64,000 nt of DNA from Folioceros fuciformis (lineage: Eukaryota). Location: the NCBI GenBank assembly GCA_049999805.1, contig JBNGIO010006246.1, forward strand, positions 275,587 to 339,586, given 5' to 3'. Each line of letters starts with the position of its first letter. Position 1 is the first letter of the stretch. The notes under the pieces were generated by a model. That model had not been told where the DNA came from and did not search any database. It saw only the letters and a list, made by a program, of their open reading frames with translations. Position numbers and translations under genes: made by a program. Below, piece after piece: positions 12,495 through 26,001 of this stretch.

Positions 12495-13909
12495 TCCACA
12501 AAATCCCAGTGCTCATATACGCCGTCAACGATGTCATAGTATGCGCCGAAGATCCTCAATCCACGCTCCTTGATGGCTTCGGTCACGAAGGGATAAGTCA
12601 GAAGATTTTTTAGCGAGTTGTTCACTGACGCCCTTGCAAGCAAATCGTGTTTGGCCTGGAAGGGAGCGTCCTCGCCAAGGTCCTGGATGGTCTTGGCGTG
12701 CGCATCCTCGCTGATCTTGATCCATTTCTCAACAAATTCGAAACTGCAAATTCGGGACGCCAGCCAACAAACATGTCAGGTTTCAGATACATAAGGGATA
12801 CTAGTCGGTCCCTAACTGTCCTAGACTGTGGGAAGGGGGTGAAGAAGCAAATGGAAATTTCTTCTTCACCTTTGCTTCTTTGCTCCATCCGAGTTGAGAA
12901 GATGGACTATACCCCCGCAGCTGTGGTGTCCAGTCACCAAAATGTATTGCGCCTTGAGGACCTTGACAGCGTACTCCAAGGCAGAACCGATGCTCGGTGT
13001 CACATTCCCTTCCTGCGTCATTTACAAGCGAATGCACGGTCAGGACCAGCATGATCTCCTTCCAGCAAACTCACATTCAGCCGATCTTCACAACCCGATT
13101 GACAGGGCAACTTCAAGGAAGCCACCTTCTCGGCGCTGTAGGGAGGCACCAGGTTGGCAACATTTCGAATGACGATTGCCTCTCCTGGCTGAATGCCAAG
13201 CAACACCTCAGGTGCAACCCGGGTATCCATGCAGGTCACGATGATGAACTGCACAGCATCCAATTCAGTAGCAATCCATTCAGCACAACAAAGGTCCAGC
13301 GGACTTGAGACACCTGGCCTGTCAAGTATGAGCTTGAAAACGTCTTGCAGCTGACAATTGCACAGTACTCACCCGTGGCCATTGCCCTGTCTTGAGAGGC
13401 TCGTACCTCTCACGTTCTTTCCTACACATAGACGGTGAATCCGTTCACACAAGTGAGACAACAATTCTCAAGACGCAGTGTTGAAGATTTGGAATCGAAA
13501 CAAATTGTGCTTAAACTCACAGGAATTTCTCTTTCCGGTACTGGTTGAATGCAACCTTGAGCTTGGCGAAGGGATCAGTGCCAGGGGGATCAGGAGCATG
13601 GACATTCTCCTTCTCCGCAACCGCCGCGGTAGAGGCCATTGAAGCTTGTGTGATCTACACACCCGACAAATGACATGAAGGAGGAGCAATCCTAATTAAA
13701 TTCTTAAAAGCAACGCTTCAGTCCACATCCGCACGCACATGGTGAAGAGCACTGAAAGTCGCAACACGACAGACGCAAACGAGACGCACACGGATTGAAC
13801 GGGACAGCCAAATTCGAATTACAGCTGGACAGGAGCAAAGAGCAGCGTCTCACGTGAAACTTGGACCAACGGAAGCAACGGCGGATGGTGTGAGCTTGAG
13901 CCCAGCCAT
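12495..13909 (-). CDS. Beta-carbonic anhydrase with probable plastid transit peptide; 3' end uncertain
   Basis: Exons encode GQWPR, TCMDTRVAPEVLLGIQPGEAIVIRNVANLVPPY, ALEYAVKVLK...VTGHHSCGGI and SVNNSLKNLLTYPFV...GAYYDI. N-terminus MAGLKLTPSAVASVGPSF. Confidence 0.85.
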
Positions 13910-14903
13910 GGCGCCTTATGTTGTGCATTTCGGAAAGAGGCACAAGGGTAACAAACGCTTCAACCTGAAGTGAACCTGCAACTCATTCCAGTCCAGATTC
14001 ACGCCACAGACACCTCCTCGCACACTTGGCTCCGTCATTCATGGGAATGGCAAGCAGAAACGCCGGAAACTATTCCCACAAATCTTCTCTTTCATCTTAA
14101 AGCGAGATGGCCTCGCCGCGCACGCGCACGCGCTTGGGCTCTGGCTCTAGCTCTGGCTCGCACTGTGGCCCTGGCTGGCCTCGCTACGGCAACAGAGATG
14201 CCACCGGCCTGCCGGTCCTCCTCTCTACACTCAGGGTCGCCAGTTGCTGTGGGGTCAATTACAGTTCACAGATATCCCAGCCCTATCCACCATAACGTTG
14301 TTTCACAAAATGCAACACTATGTATATTGTACACGCACAGACTTACACCTTCAGTGCTTTATCGTCCCTGTTCATACATATGTAGACGTAGGACCTGGAC
14401 AATATCGAACTTTGATATCGAACTTGGAAGTACTAAAGTCAAACCTAGAGATAAAAACCAACAATACGTTTGTTAGCAATGCCTAGCTAGCTTGCACTGT
14501 ACATTCAGATCTATGTCTGATTTCGGTGCTGAGGCCAACTCCACGATCCTAGCTTCATGTCGTTAATCAGAACAATGCATGGTATCGAACTGAAAAGAGC
14601 ATGGATTTGTCACACAACAATGGCTCAATGGAGCAGAGCGAGCCTGGGGAACCACCACCGTTATGACGAGCAGGAATGCAGGAGTGCTCAGTAGTTGCCA
14701 GCAGGAGCTCGCCATCCTATGCTTATCTATCAAATAAATCTTCCAACGCGTATTCCACCTCCGGATTGAATCAGCGGGCCAAACGTGCGCCCCAGTATCC
14801 CATTGGAGACCGGTATGTTACACTCGACAGCACTAGCACAAGGCTAGATCACCGGTTGTGCCCATGCTCATCGGAGCAATGCGCTTGCCCCGTCGGAGAT
14901 GCC

Positions 14904-17299
14904 TCAGTGAAAAGCCCAATGCTCGTAGTTTTGCAGACGCCTCTGAACCACACGGAAGTTCCCTATGGATGACAATATCATCAACACAACGCCCAGCACA
15001 GTAATAGCCTGCACCCACCAGCAGTGGGCAAGACGTCAGGATGGAGCACACACATCAGCGGGAATGAAAAGCAGCCTGTGCAACAAAACCAAATGTAGCT
15101 CACCCAGTTCACCACCCACATCAAACTGAGGGGTTTTGGTTTCCTGATTTTCAACCAAAGGAGACATGGCAACTGTGAAGCAGAAGTCAGTGCTTCATTC
15201 ATGGAAACATTCAACTGTGGTACGGAGAAGTAAGGCAGTAGAACGGCGCAAGGTGTTGTCACTCACAAAATATGTGGTAGGGGCGAAAAGTAGACCCCCC
15301 AAAACACCCAGCAAGCTGCCGAAGTCCGGAATCCCAAGAGCAACAAGGAGTACGGAAGCTGTCAAAACTTCCCACCTAATGATTAACCAAGGCAGGCGAC
15401 ACTTGCAGGGTCTTTCCAAGCATGTATGGTCAATACGGAAGTGATGGGACTCAAGGGTTGATCAATACCAATAAACAAGCTCCGGACTACCACCGGGAAG
15501 GAGTTCTGTACGTATCTGTTCCCATGTTGCCTCCAATTTGTACAGAAGTGGAATTTCTTTTGCAAGTTGTCCTCTAGAAAGTTATACACAGGTATTGCGA
15601 AAATCTGAAGGAGAAAGCATACGGTGTAGATGAAAAAAAGCATAAAAGCCAGTGCCAGACGCAATCAATACCCCGGATTGTAAAGCAAACTCTACAATGT
15701 TATGCAGATGCTCTTACCTGGTAAGTACCACATAGGTGCACGGCAAGCATGATACTTGCAGCAGCTGCTGCTTTTGGTCTCCGGTCAGCTAGAGATGAGT
15801 TGAGGTGTGGGTCTCCATAGCCCATGTGCCGGCATTGCAAATACCCAAGATCACCAAGCACATTGGTTACAGCTGCATGTCCAAGCGTCACATAGCCGCT
15901 TATAGCCACGGCGAAGTAGCAGATTCCAACCACCTGTACGGAAGAACGTGTTGTAAACGATGAACAGGACCTCATCTCAGTGCAAGATACAATATTTCGG
16001 TTCTCAATCTTACCGCATATGTTACAGAGATCCCCCATAGCATAGCCTTTTTCTTGCTGGGCATCTTGTCAGACGTCGGGATAGAGTCTTGTATCTCCAC
16101 CACAACGTTATGCCCCGCATAAGCATAGGCAATAAACCCCAGGGCAGCGAACGACGAAAATACATCGAAGTGATCCTTTTCACAAGATGGGAATGGTGCA
16201 GGCGCCTGGCTTGGAGCCGTGGAAGGATCGGAAATGGCGGCAGTGATGATGATAGAATAGCTAAGATCATGGAACAAGGATAGGTGCAGTCATTCAAACG
16301 CTTTAGACGGGTCAAAGAAGGGCAGGAGGAAAAACACTATTCTGCGCGAGAACAAGCCATAGCCCGAGCGATGGGTATGAAATTACGTACCATATGGACA
16401 TCAGTGCCGCTATGAAGGACACCATGGTTAAATGGGAGAAGTCTGGAATCTGACTGAGGATAAGCTGCAAAGAGGAGAAGACGACTATCCATGCTGCAAG
16501 TCCAAAAGGAGTGTTACATTGCCACTCCCCATTGCCATGCCAACCACGCGCGCATAGTATCTTATAAGCATTCAGAAGACAAGCTCCCCCTGCTACCATG
16601 TACACGATACACGTCCCGACGAAGACTACCAGCTGCATGGATTGAACAACATAGACCCCCTTCTTCCCAAACGCTAGTTTTGCAAGATCTGCGTACGTTT
16701 TGTAATACACAGGCCCCGGGTTGGGCTCACCCCCATCCCCATCACGTTTTCCGTCAGATCCGGGTTCTCCCTCACTCATTTCCACAAGTTGCCACAGAGA
16801 GAAACCAGTGATGACCCAGGAAATGAAAAGGAACAGGATTCCTCCAGTCCTGCATCATCAGTGCAACTGCAATGCTGAGCCAGACACCTCAGCAGCGAAC
16901 ACATCCACGCAAACTCCGGACATGCAGAGGCGAGATACACTTATACCATCTGAGGTGCCCCATGGCATCCGGCAGACTGAGAATCCCAACCCCAATAGTC
17001 GCTGTGATGTTGAGCACGGCAGAATGGAAGGAGCCGTAAAGCAAGGGACCCATAAGACTCTGCAGCGTCCATTTGCTCTGGCCCTTGGCTGGAGAGATTG
17101 GTCCAGAGGCGGCACTCTGGTCAGGGTCCGCCCAGAGGTCGGAGAGGAATATCTCCTGGCTGACGGCAAATGTCAAGACAGGTATCTGCGGGATCGCAAA
17201 ACCCACCAACAACACCAGCACATGGAGAGAAAGGACATACCTACTAGTCCACTGATTCGATAGGAGCCCCCCAGCTGGAAGCTCTATTGATGAAGCCAT
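14904..17299 (-). CDS. Divergent lysine/histidine transporter (LHT/AAAP family)
   Basis: Motifs [48 protein letters not shown] and LPCLLWLKIRKP. Confidence 0.85.
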
Positions 17300-17542
17300 T
17301 TCAGGCGAACTCTCGGCAGCAGTAGGTCACAAAGTGGGCATTGGGCAAGGAGGCAGCCGCTTTCAGTTACGCGAGAGGTTGTGGAGTCGTGAGTTGCACG
17401 ACATGGAATGAGGTGGAGCTGGGTGTTTGAAGTCGTAGTGTGCAGCTGCATTGCAGTTTGCGCACTCGCAAGCGTGTGAGAGCAACGTGGACAGCCATGA
17501 ACACGCAGGAGCGATAAATTAGTCTACACATACTGTATTTCC

Positions 17543-17670
17543 AGGGGCAGTTGCTTCTGAGGTGGTGGTCGGCACGGGGGCAGTTGCTTCTGCCTCTGGG
17601 GTGGTGGTCCATGCGATGCAGAGGGGGAGTTGCGTCTGCCTCTGGGGTGGTGGTCCATGCGATGCAAAGG
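17543..17670. repeat. Short tandem repeats (2-3 copies of about 35-45 bp)
   Basis: tctgcctctggggtggtggtccatgcgatgca occurs twice and cagttgcttctg twice. Confidence 0.75.
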
Positions 17671-18259
17671 CGAGAGTGCCTCATAGTCAGAGGTGTCCCA
17701 AAAGGTGGCGTCCTCTGCACGTGCTCCATCTACCTGAAAATAGCACACACTTCATTCTCATTCTCCGTGACTGGCTCTGGATGCCGTGGCCAAGTCACTG
17801 TTATTGTGGTCGCTTCCCTTCCCTCTGCTTCGCTTTCCAGGACACAGCATGTGTGGGGCAGCAGCAGGAGTTAGGACATGACACCCTCTACCTCGGAACA
17901 AACTGTCAGTTGCAAGGAAGCCGACATATACGGGTTGGATTAGAGCTTGCCATGTGGCCCCTGTCCCGTGCTCCAGGGAGCAACTGCAAAGACGACGTAC
18001 ATGAAAGGCAGAAGGGGATACTCATCCCATAAACAAGAATTCGTATTTACAACCACCTGTGAAAAAATAGCTCAGGTGGCAAGGAGTTTCGAGGCTCCCG
18101 TCGTTGAGAGTTTCGAACGGTTCAAGTCATTTCTCTAGCCTAGCCTAGACTAGGCTTAGCCAAGGCTCCAAATCAATCTTGCAATGGATGCCCACAATGC
18201 TCAATGGCCATACATTTGACTTCCGCGACACAAATACTCTACAAAATAGATTATTGCGG

Positions 18260-20491
18260 CTACTGGTAGAACCTGTAAGACGAGGCGTCAACTATGATGT
18301 TTCTCAATCCTCCAATCGCGGCGGATGACATGAGCAGAAATCCAAGGATGATGCAGATCTGCCAACAACAAGAAAACAACAGCATGGGCGTGTGTGAGTG
18401 AACTCAACTCGACTGAACTGCAACCTCGCAGCAGTGGAATATTTGCCAGCCACACGTGCACATGGGCCGACGGCGAGGTGCATGTTCTTGAAATGGCTTA
18501 CCCAATTAATGAACCAGGAAAGCCCGAAAACCCTTGGCTTCTTGAGAACCAACCAAATAATGCAAGGAAGCTGTGCACCACCGCAAAAATCCATCAAAGT
18601 GCAAGTCGTCAGTTCAACGTTGCCAGGAAGCAAACCAACTTCAGCTGAGGATCACGCCGGACTATGTTGGCACTTTGGCAAGTAGGTTCACTTACAAAAT
18701 ATGTTGTGGGAGCAAATGCAAAACCGCCTAAGAATCCCAGAAGGTCACCGAAGAACGGAATGGTGATGGCGACAAACGCAGTGGCAGCTGCAAGATGGAA
18801 AAAGAGGTAGGTGGTACACCCCAAACGGACACACACTCAAGACAAATGTACCGAGAAGAAGAATGTAGTTTCAACGCACCGACATAGAGAGATCGGGTAA
18901 CAAGTCGCAACGTAACGCTGGGAGTCATTCTGAAGTACTTCACTAACACAGTTTCCAGCATATCGAACACAGGCATGGCGTAGATCTATACACAGAGCAA
19001 AGGAGAGCACGTCTGTTAGTACAACCTAGGACCCGTGCTGACCCAATCCAACAAGGTGGGGTTTGCGTTTACCTGGTAGCTTCCGATAACGTGGATTGTC
19101 ACCATGAGATTGGCCATGAGGATGAGCCATGCAGGCCTTTGGAGTGAACTCAAGATGTTGTCTTCGACATCATTTCCGAATGCCCAATACCCTGCGATGA
19201 CGACGCAAAAGTAACAGAAGGCAACTACGGCGTATGCTACTAGTACACCCCTCCACATAGCCACCTTGGATGGCTTCTCGGGAGTGGAGGGGATAGTTGC
19301 TTGGATCTCCAGCACGACATTGTGGCCTGCGTAAGCAAAGGCTATTGTGCCCAGAGCATTGAATACATTGAAGACGTAGCTGGAAGTGGAGTGCCCAGGT
19401 GGCAGATGGTAATCCACATGATCAGCCCTGCCTTTGTGCACCGAGGCAACCCAAGCTATGGTGGAGTAACTGCAACAACAAGAACGAGGGAGGCACATGC
19501 AATCTCAGAGACAAGGAGACGAGCATGCGACACAGGTGAAGACAAGACAAACATGAAAGGCCCACCACTTGCCTCAGAGACATGATAGCAGCGGCCAGCG
19601 AGACCCCGGAAATGGAGTTAAAGTTGGGGAGTTGCGACAGCACGAAGTGCACCGAGGAGAAAACCAAAATAAAACAAGAAATCCCGAAGCTAGGAGTGCA
19701 CTCCTTCTTGTGGTGCAGCTCGTGGCAGATGAGCTTGTGGACGTTCTGTAGGGACCTGCCGCCCGTAACCATGTAAACGATGCAGACTCCGACCTCCACG
19801 ATGAGCTGCTGAGGCACCACGATCCAAAGCCCCAGCCTTTCGCCGAACGCTTCCTGTCCGAGCTCGTGGTAGCGGTCGAACCTCTTCCCCGGGACCATCT
19901 CATGCATCTCTACCATCTGCCACAGCGTGTAGAGGGTGATGACCCACGAGAGCACGAGCACCACCATTCCGGGGCCCCTGCAAAACAAGCGCTCAGCATG
20001 GTCGGTCAGACCATCCCCCCCCTCCCCTCCCCGCCGGCGTCACCTCGACAGAATTCAGCAGCGCGGCGCAGTGCAGCGCAAGGCCTCCCTGACCACTTAC
20101 CAGGTGAGATAGACCATCGCCTTGGGCAGCCCCAGCACCCCGGCTCCCACCATCGCGGTGACGTTATGGAAAGCGGAATACCACCACTTGGCATTCCGCG
20201 AGCCGGTGACGGGCAGCCAGTCATCTACGGTCTTGGTCCTCCCCCTTGCGTCCTCCACATGCTCCTGCCAGGATCCAGCAACGGGTTCAGGCACAAGAGT
20301 CCGGAGACAGCAGTCGCAACGAGGCTCCCTGCTCCAGCAACACTAAAAATGTTCCCGCCAGCTCCAAAGCGGGGCAGAAGGCAAATCCGCAGCCAGGCCC
20401 GTTCCCAGACCTGGAAGACAGCCGTGAACGACGGGCGGGTGTCCTCGGGGAGAGGATCCTTGGGCTCCCTGACCGAGCCCTGGCTCGCCAT
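18260..20491 (-). CDS. LHT1: Lysine histidine transporter 1-like
   Basis: Motifs [53 protein letters not shown] and [25 protein letters not shown]; ends DASSYRFYQ. Confidence 0.95.
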
Positions 20492-21419
20492 TGCGTCTTC
20501 GGGCGGCAGCAGCAGGCAGCAAGCAGCAGAAGGAAGCTGAGTCGCGCGCCCTTCCCTTGCTTGCCTCGAGAAGTCGCGGACAAGATGCAGCTGCGCAACG
20601 CTGGCCTACGGGGCTCAAGAGAAGCTGGAGCTGGAGGTGAAGCTGGACCTCGGCCGTGTCCTCCAACAAGTCCTCGTCCTCGTCCTTGAGCCGGCCAGCT
20701 GCCGCCCGCCGCACAGCCCTGTACACTCTCACCTTCCACTGAGAGAATAGACTTGCCCAAACGGGCTTTTATGAAACCCCCAAAAAAGGGCCATCTTCCC
20801 CGGTGGACGGTGGGCGGTGGGCGGTAGGCGGTGGCCGGTCGCCCGTGCCGGCCACGCCCTAGGTAATCCCGACACCGCAAACTTGTACAGTATGTGTATC
20901 GCCTGCATTAGGAGTGGAGTTGGCTTCACACACAGACGCGTCGGAAATAGGATTCGCCCAAGCCTACTGTACACACATACAGACATACATACATACGTAC
21001 ATACATGATACATACACACCGATAGCCGGTGGCCCGGTAATGTAAGTCTGTAGGAGCAGAAACAGTCAAGGCAACACCATACAGCAGATGTACTGAGGTT
21101 ATCACGTTGCAGTAGGAGGGAGGCCCCTGCGTCAATCGTGGAGCATGCACTCGTACGGAATATGCGGGTGGGCCCCAGCCTTTCCCCGCCTAGCGCCGGT
21201 GGAAAGTGGGTGACTCTCCCGTTTTCCATGTGTGCCTCATGGCCCTCATATCCCCATGCAACGGCCTCAAGTCGGTCATGGTGTCGGGGCTGCAAACTCA
21301 TCGTCATCAATACGTAACGGAAGGAAACCGGGGCGAAGGGATCGGGGTCCGGGTCCGGGTCCAATACTGTACCATTCATTCCTTCACCTACGAACTCCAA
21401 AGAGTCGTGTCCTTTTCCG

Positions 21420-21763
21420 GCTCAGGTTCGGGCCGAGCCGGGCCGACCCAAGCCGTGCCGGGCATGGCCGGACCGTGCCAGATAGGTTCGGGCCGAGCCT
21501 AGCGTAGCCTAGCCTCGCCTTAGCCCAGCTCAATCCAGCCTTTCCATTACTGCACTGCACAGTACTCAATGCACCCAGCCGAGTATGGTATGCACATAGT
21601 GTGGGCGTTCCGAGGCAGGTGTGCCTTGGAACATCAGAAAGCGGGGGTGCATACATTATTGTTACTATGTGTCAGGTATCCACGAATCCGAAGCGAGCCC
21701 GAGGTGAGCCCGAACCGAGCACGATGTGAGTCCGAACCGAGTACGAGGTGAGTCCGAACCGAG
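21420..21763. repeat. GC-rich repeat cluster: 22-bp tandem units with inverted GGTTCGGG/CCCGAACC motifs (MITE-like)
   Basis: About 3.5 copies of ccgaaccgagyacgaggtgagt at 21688-21763, and aggttcgggccgagcc twice at 21424-21500. Confidence 0.55.
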
Positions 21764-22258
21764 TGGGAAGGGGGAACCGGGCGTGGGCGGCGTGGGTGGC
21801 GTGTACACAGCTGCACAAGATCTTGTCGCTTCTGCGAGCGAGCTTGCCATTCCCTGGCGTTCATGCGCAGCTGGGTGGATCTTGCTGTCGTTGACCGGCT
21901 ATATTGGGTGAAGACCGCCCAACGCGGTGTCTCTCCATGTCCGTTTCACACGTGCCGAGCCGTGCTGCAGTAGCTCCTCTCCATCCACCACACTCCATAA
22001 CTGCGGATTAATACATGTGGAAATCCAGTGTCACGCGGGATGGTGTTCCCAGTTCACTTGGAAAAGCAAGTGCCCACATCCTCCAGATGTCAGCCCTGTT
22101 TCATCACGATTTGCGCTCTCTGGTTTCCATTACAGGCACTTGCTGATTCGTTCTCGAGCTTACTCCACAGACAACACACGTCCTCCTCGAGATGTGGCAG
22201 TTTTGGAGGAGTCTTTTGATGCGGTAATGAACAAAAAACTGTCGCTTTTTTCTCATCT

Positions 22259-22332
22259 GGTTTCGTGGTGTAGTTGGTTATCACGTCAGTCTAACACACT
22301 GAAGGTCTCCGGTTCGAGTCCGGGCGAAGCCA
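22259..22332 (+). tRNA. trnV-AAC: tRNA-Val (anticodon AAC)
   Basis: GGTTTCG...CGAAGCCA acceptor stem, anticodon arm TCAGT-CTAACAC-ACTGA, T-loop GGTTCGAGTCC, and a downstream T-run (Pol III terminator). Confidence 0.97.
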
Positions 22333-23253
22333 TTTTTGTGTCGTTCACACCCGGAGATGGGAGGAGGTCCTCACACCAGGGAGCTACACAGCTGCAGCCT
22401 GCACCATGAAACAACTGTGGAGCTCGTCACTCGGGTAGGCAGAGCCGGAGGAACGGGACAGAAAAGGTGCGATACGGCCATGGTCACCCTCCGTTTTGGC
22501 ACGTGATGGAGGTGGTGCCTGGACGTTGTTTGCAAGCGTGTTGAATGAAGGGATGAATGAATGAAGGCGTTGTGTGTCCGCAACATTTGGAAGGCAGATC
22601 TGTGCGTCAGCAAACGCGTGGATTCATTTGCAGACATAAATACGTTTGCATCGTGTGCAAGAGTCCGCGGTCCGCGGGTCCGGGAGTAGAGTGTACTTGA
22701 CGCTCGTGGTCCGCGTTGTCTTCCCTTCCCAAGTTCCCTTCCAAGGGAGACTACTAGGATTGCCAGAGACTGTACTGTATCTAATTGGGGAAAGGGTTAA
22801 AAAAGGAGAGGCGACGACGGGCTAACCTGGCCCGCGGGTTCCAGTGTGTGCGACACACCAATCCCGAGTCCTGATTCCTGAGTTTGGAGCTGAGCTGCCC
22901 TGACGTGCACCACCCCTTTTTCACCACCCCTTTTTGCACCACGAGATCACTCGAATTTGCCTCTGCCCTATCCAAGTGGCCCCGAAACCCACTCTCTACC
23001 CACGATTGAAGTACACGGTCCAGGGCCATGTGCCTCCTTGGACCCGGTCGTCGCAGTCACCTGTGCTTCATCAGGATTTGGGAATTTATGGCTCAGGAAG
23101 GAGAGCAGCCGCCATGTCTCTCCAGCTCTGTCTGCCCATTTTCCTGCCGTCGCCTCCTCTGGATCTACTGCGCCTCCAGCTCCGCCTCCCTCGACTGGTG
23201 GCACTGGCGGATTAGGTCGGGCGGAGGGCAGGCCAGGATTGTGGGTGGGAGGC

Positions 23254-25536
23254 ATGGAGTTCGTCAGTGGGGACAGGAACTTGTCAGGGTTCGATTCCGT
23301 CAAGGTAAATGAATTTTGCTGCCATCCGGTGTGGGGGCACGGAGACTGGATGGATGCATTCAGACTGCTCGTGAACTTGGACCAAGATTTCGGCTTGCCC
23401 GGCTGGGCGTGGAGTGTGCGTGGGTTGGGTTTTAGGAACGTGACCGATGGTTGGAAAACGATATGCACAGGATTATGTGGAGAGGGTCGGAAGCTCCTCC
23501 ACGCTGAAGAACATCGACGACTGGCTGCCGGTCACGGCTTCTAGGAATGCCAAGTGGTGGTATGCTGCGTTTCACAATGTTACTGCGGTGGTCGGCGCAG
23601 GTGTACTGGGACTGCCCCATGCCATGGCTCGGCTTACCTGGTACGTTTCCTTGTCTGTATACGCCACTGCGTGCACTCATGTTTAACTTCATTTGGATGT
23701 TCCCTGGCCTGCGTTGCTCACGTTCATGTCACTCAGCCCTGCTGGTTGGTGACATGCTGTGTGTGGCGCAATCCGTGCAGGGGTCCGGGTATCGTGATTC
23801 TCATTCTCTCTTGGGTTATCACTCTCTTCACCTTCTGGCAGTTGGTGGAGATGCACGAGATGGTTCCAGGCAGACGATTCGACAGATACCATGAGCTGGG
23901 TCAGGCTGCTTTTGGAGAAAGGTTGGGGCTCTGGATAGTGGTTCCTCAGACACTCACCGTGCAGATAAGCACGGACATAGTGTACATGGTCACTGGGGGT
24001 GCGTGTCTGCAAAACATTCATCGAAGTTTATGTCATTCACACGCTGCCCCCTGCCCAAAATTCGGCATTGCTCCTTTCATTGTCATCTTCGGGTCTGTCC
24101 ACTTCGTGCTTGCCCAATGTCCTAACTTCGGCTCCATCACCCTGTTCTCCTTGGCCGCTGCAGTCATGTCTATCAGGTAAGACTCCACCTAGATTTTACT
24201 GAACATTACTTCGTGTGGGAACGCAGCAGACGGACGTAGCCTGATGAAATTGTGCTGGCTTCCTGACAACACTTGCAGTTACTCAACCATTGCTTGGGTT
24301 ACATCCTTAGCTCGAGGCATAGATGAGCACACTAGTTACCATTTACCATCTCACTCGAGCGGCGCTTCCTCCACCGCAGACATTTTCGAAGCCATGAAGG
24401 CAACAGGAATTGTGGCTTTTGCTTATGCCGGTCACAGTGTGGCACTCGAGATACAAGCCCAGATTCCATCCACTCCAGAGAAGCCTTCCAAGACAGCCAT
24501 GTGGAAAGGTGTAATCACAGCTTACGTTATTGTTGCCTTCTGTTATTTTTCTGTCGCCATATGTGGATACTGGGCATTCGGCAATAAAGTGGAGGACAAC
24601 ATCCTTCGCTCCATCCAGCATCCTGTCTGGGTCGTCGTCACAGCAAATGCCATGGTGGTCATTCACGTCCTGGGCAGCTATCAAGTACGTCATCCACCAA
24701 GTGCTCAATCTTCCCATCACTCATTTTTCCGCCTCACTAACTTTCCTCTACTGCTCCTCATTCCCCTTTCACCCATTCCAGATGTATGCAATGCCTGTCT
24801 ATGACATGCTGGAGATCCTCTTTGTCAAATATATGCGATTCAACCCTAATTTTCTTTTACGTCTGTTTCTACGCTCTGCGTACGTAGGTGAGCGTAGACG
24901 ANNNNNNNNNNNNNNNNNNNNNNNNNNNNNNNNNNNNNNNNNNNNNNNNNNNNNNNNNNNNNNNNNNNNNNNNNNNNNNNNNNNNNNNNNNNNNNNNNNN
25001 NGACTTTGGTTTTGCATGAATGAAGCATATGTTTGTGACCTCGTATGCTAATGCAACTGGTTGCCTGTTTGCAGCCGCCACCCTTTTCATAGCCACACTT
25101 ATACCTTTCTTTGATGCACTTTTGGGTTTCTTCGGTGGGCTCGCTTTGGCTCCCACTACATACTTCGTGAGTATCACTGCATTCTCTTAAGACAATCATA
25201 CAACCTTGGTCTATGGTTCAATAATTAATTTGTCCTGTTCCTGTTTCCACTCTCTCTCAGATGCCATGCATAGTGTGGCTGGTCTTAAAAAAGCCTCGAA
25301 TTGGTAGTGTGTCGTGGATCGTCAATTGGGTAAGAGGGGGTCTTATTGTATATCATGTTGCACCAATGGACTGCCTAGTGATTCTCATTTTACTTGTATG
25401 CCTTGACCAACCCATCTTTGTGCAGGTTTGTATCATTCTAGGGGCTTTGCTCATGTTGAGTGCAACGATTGGAGGATTGAGGTCGATTTACGTAGATGCG
25501 AAAACATATAGAGTGTTTCACCGAAATCAGTCATGA
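23254..25536 (+). CDS. Lysine histidine transporter-like (second canonical paralogue)
   Basis: Motifs [41 protein letters not shown] and [13 protein letters not shown]. First exon [17 protein letters not shown] is inferred from a phase-0 GT/AG pair. One N-gap lies in an intron. Confidence 0.9.
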
Positions 25537-25749
25537 TGTTAATCGTGGATTACGTTTCCTCGTGTACGATTAAGGATTCCAATGTAAAACACAAATCATG
25601 TGAAGTAATATGGACATGTATATTGGGGCTTGGATTTGAGCGGATTATGTGTGGTGAGGACCTCCTGTTTTGGGAGTGTTGGTGGGTGGTAGAAGGGCGT
25701 GGTGCCCACAGTCATGAACGGATGCCAAGGTAGAGGCTCTCATTGGCCT

Positions 25750-25872
25750 TGCCAGGATAAACCGGGCGAATCCGTGCCCAATGGCCGGGATGGTACTGAT
25801 TCAGGTTACACAATACCATGCGGCGAAACGGCGTCCGCCCGGCGCAACGTTGTGTGCCACAGGGATAAGGTG
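25750..25872 (+). promoter_or_regulatory. Light-responsive promoter motifs (GGATAA, CCAAT, I-box GATAAG) upstream of Lhcb5
   Basis: ggataa near 25755, ccaat near 25778 and gataagg near 25864. Confidence 0.45.
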
Positions 25873-26001
25873 TCGCCGGTTTCGCCACTCCGGCCTCGCG
25901 ACATCAGGATTCAAGCTCGGCAGAAGCTGCGGTTGCAGCGGACGCTTTGCTGTGCTCCAGTCACCAAGCTTGGGATCAGCACACCAGCAAGCAGCAGCGC
26001 G

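Noticed and set aside
20246-21400. Many overlapping 100-220 aa ORFs
   Set aside because: These are expected by chance in GC-rich promoter/UTR sequence and show no recognisable domains.
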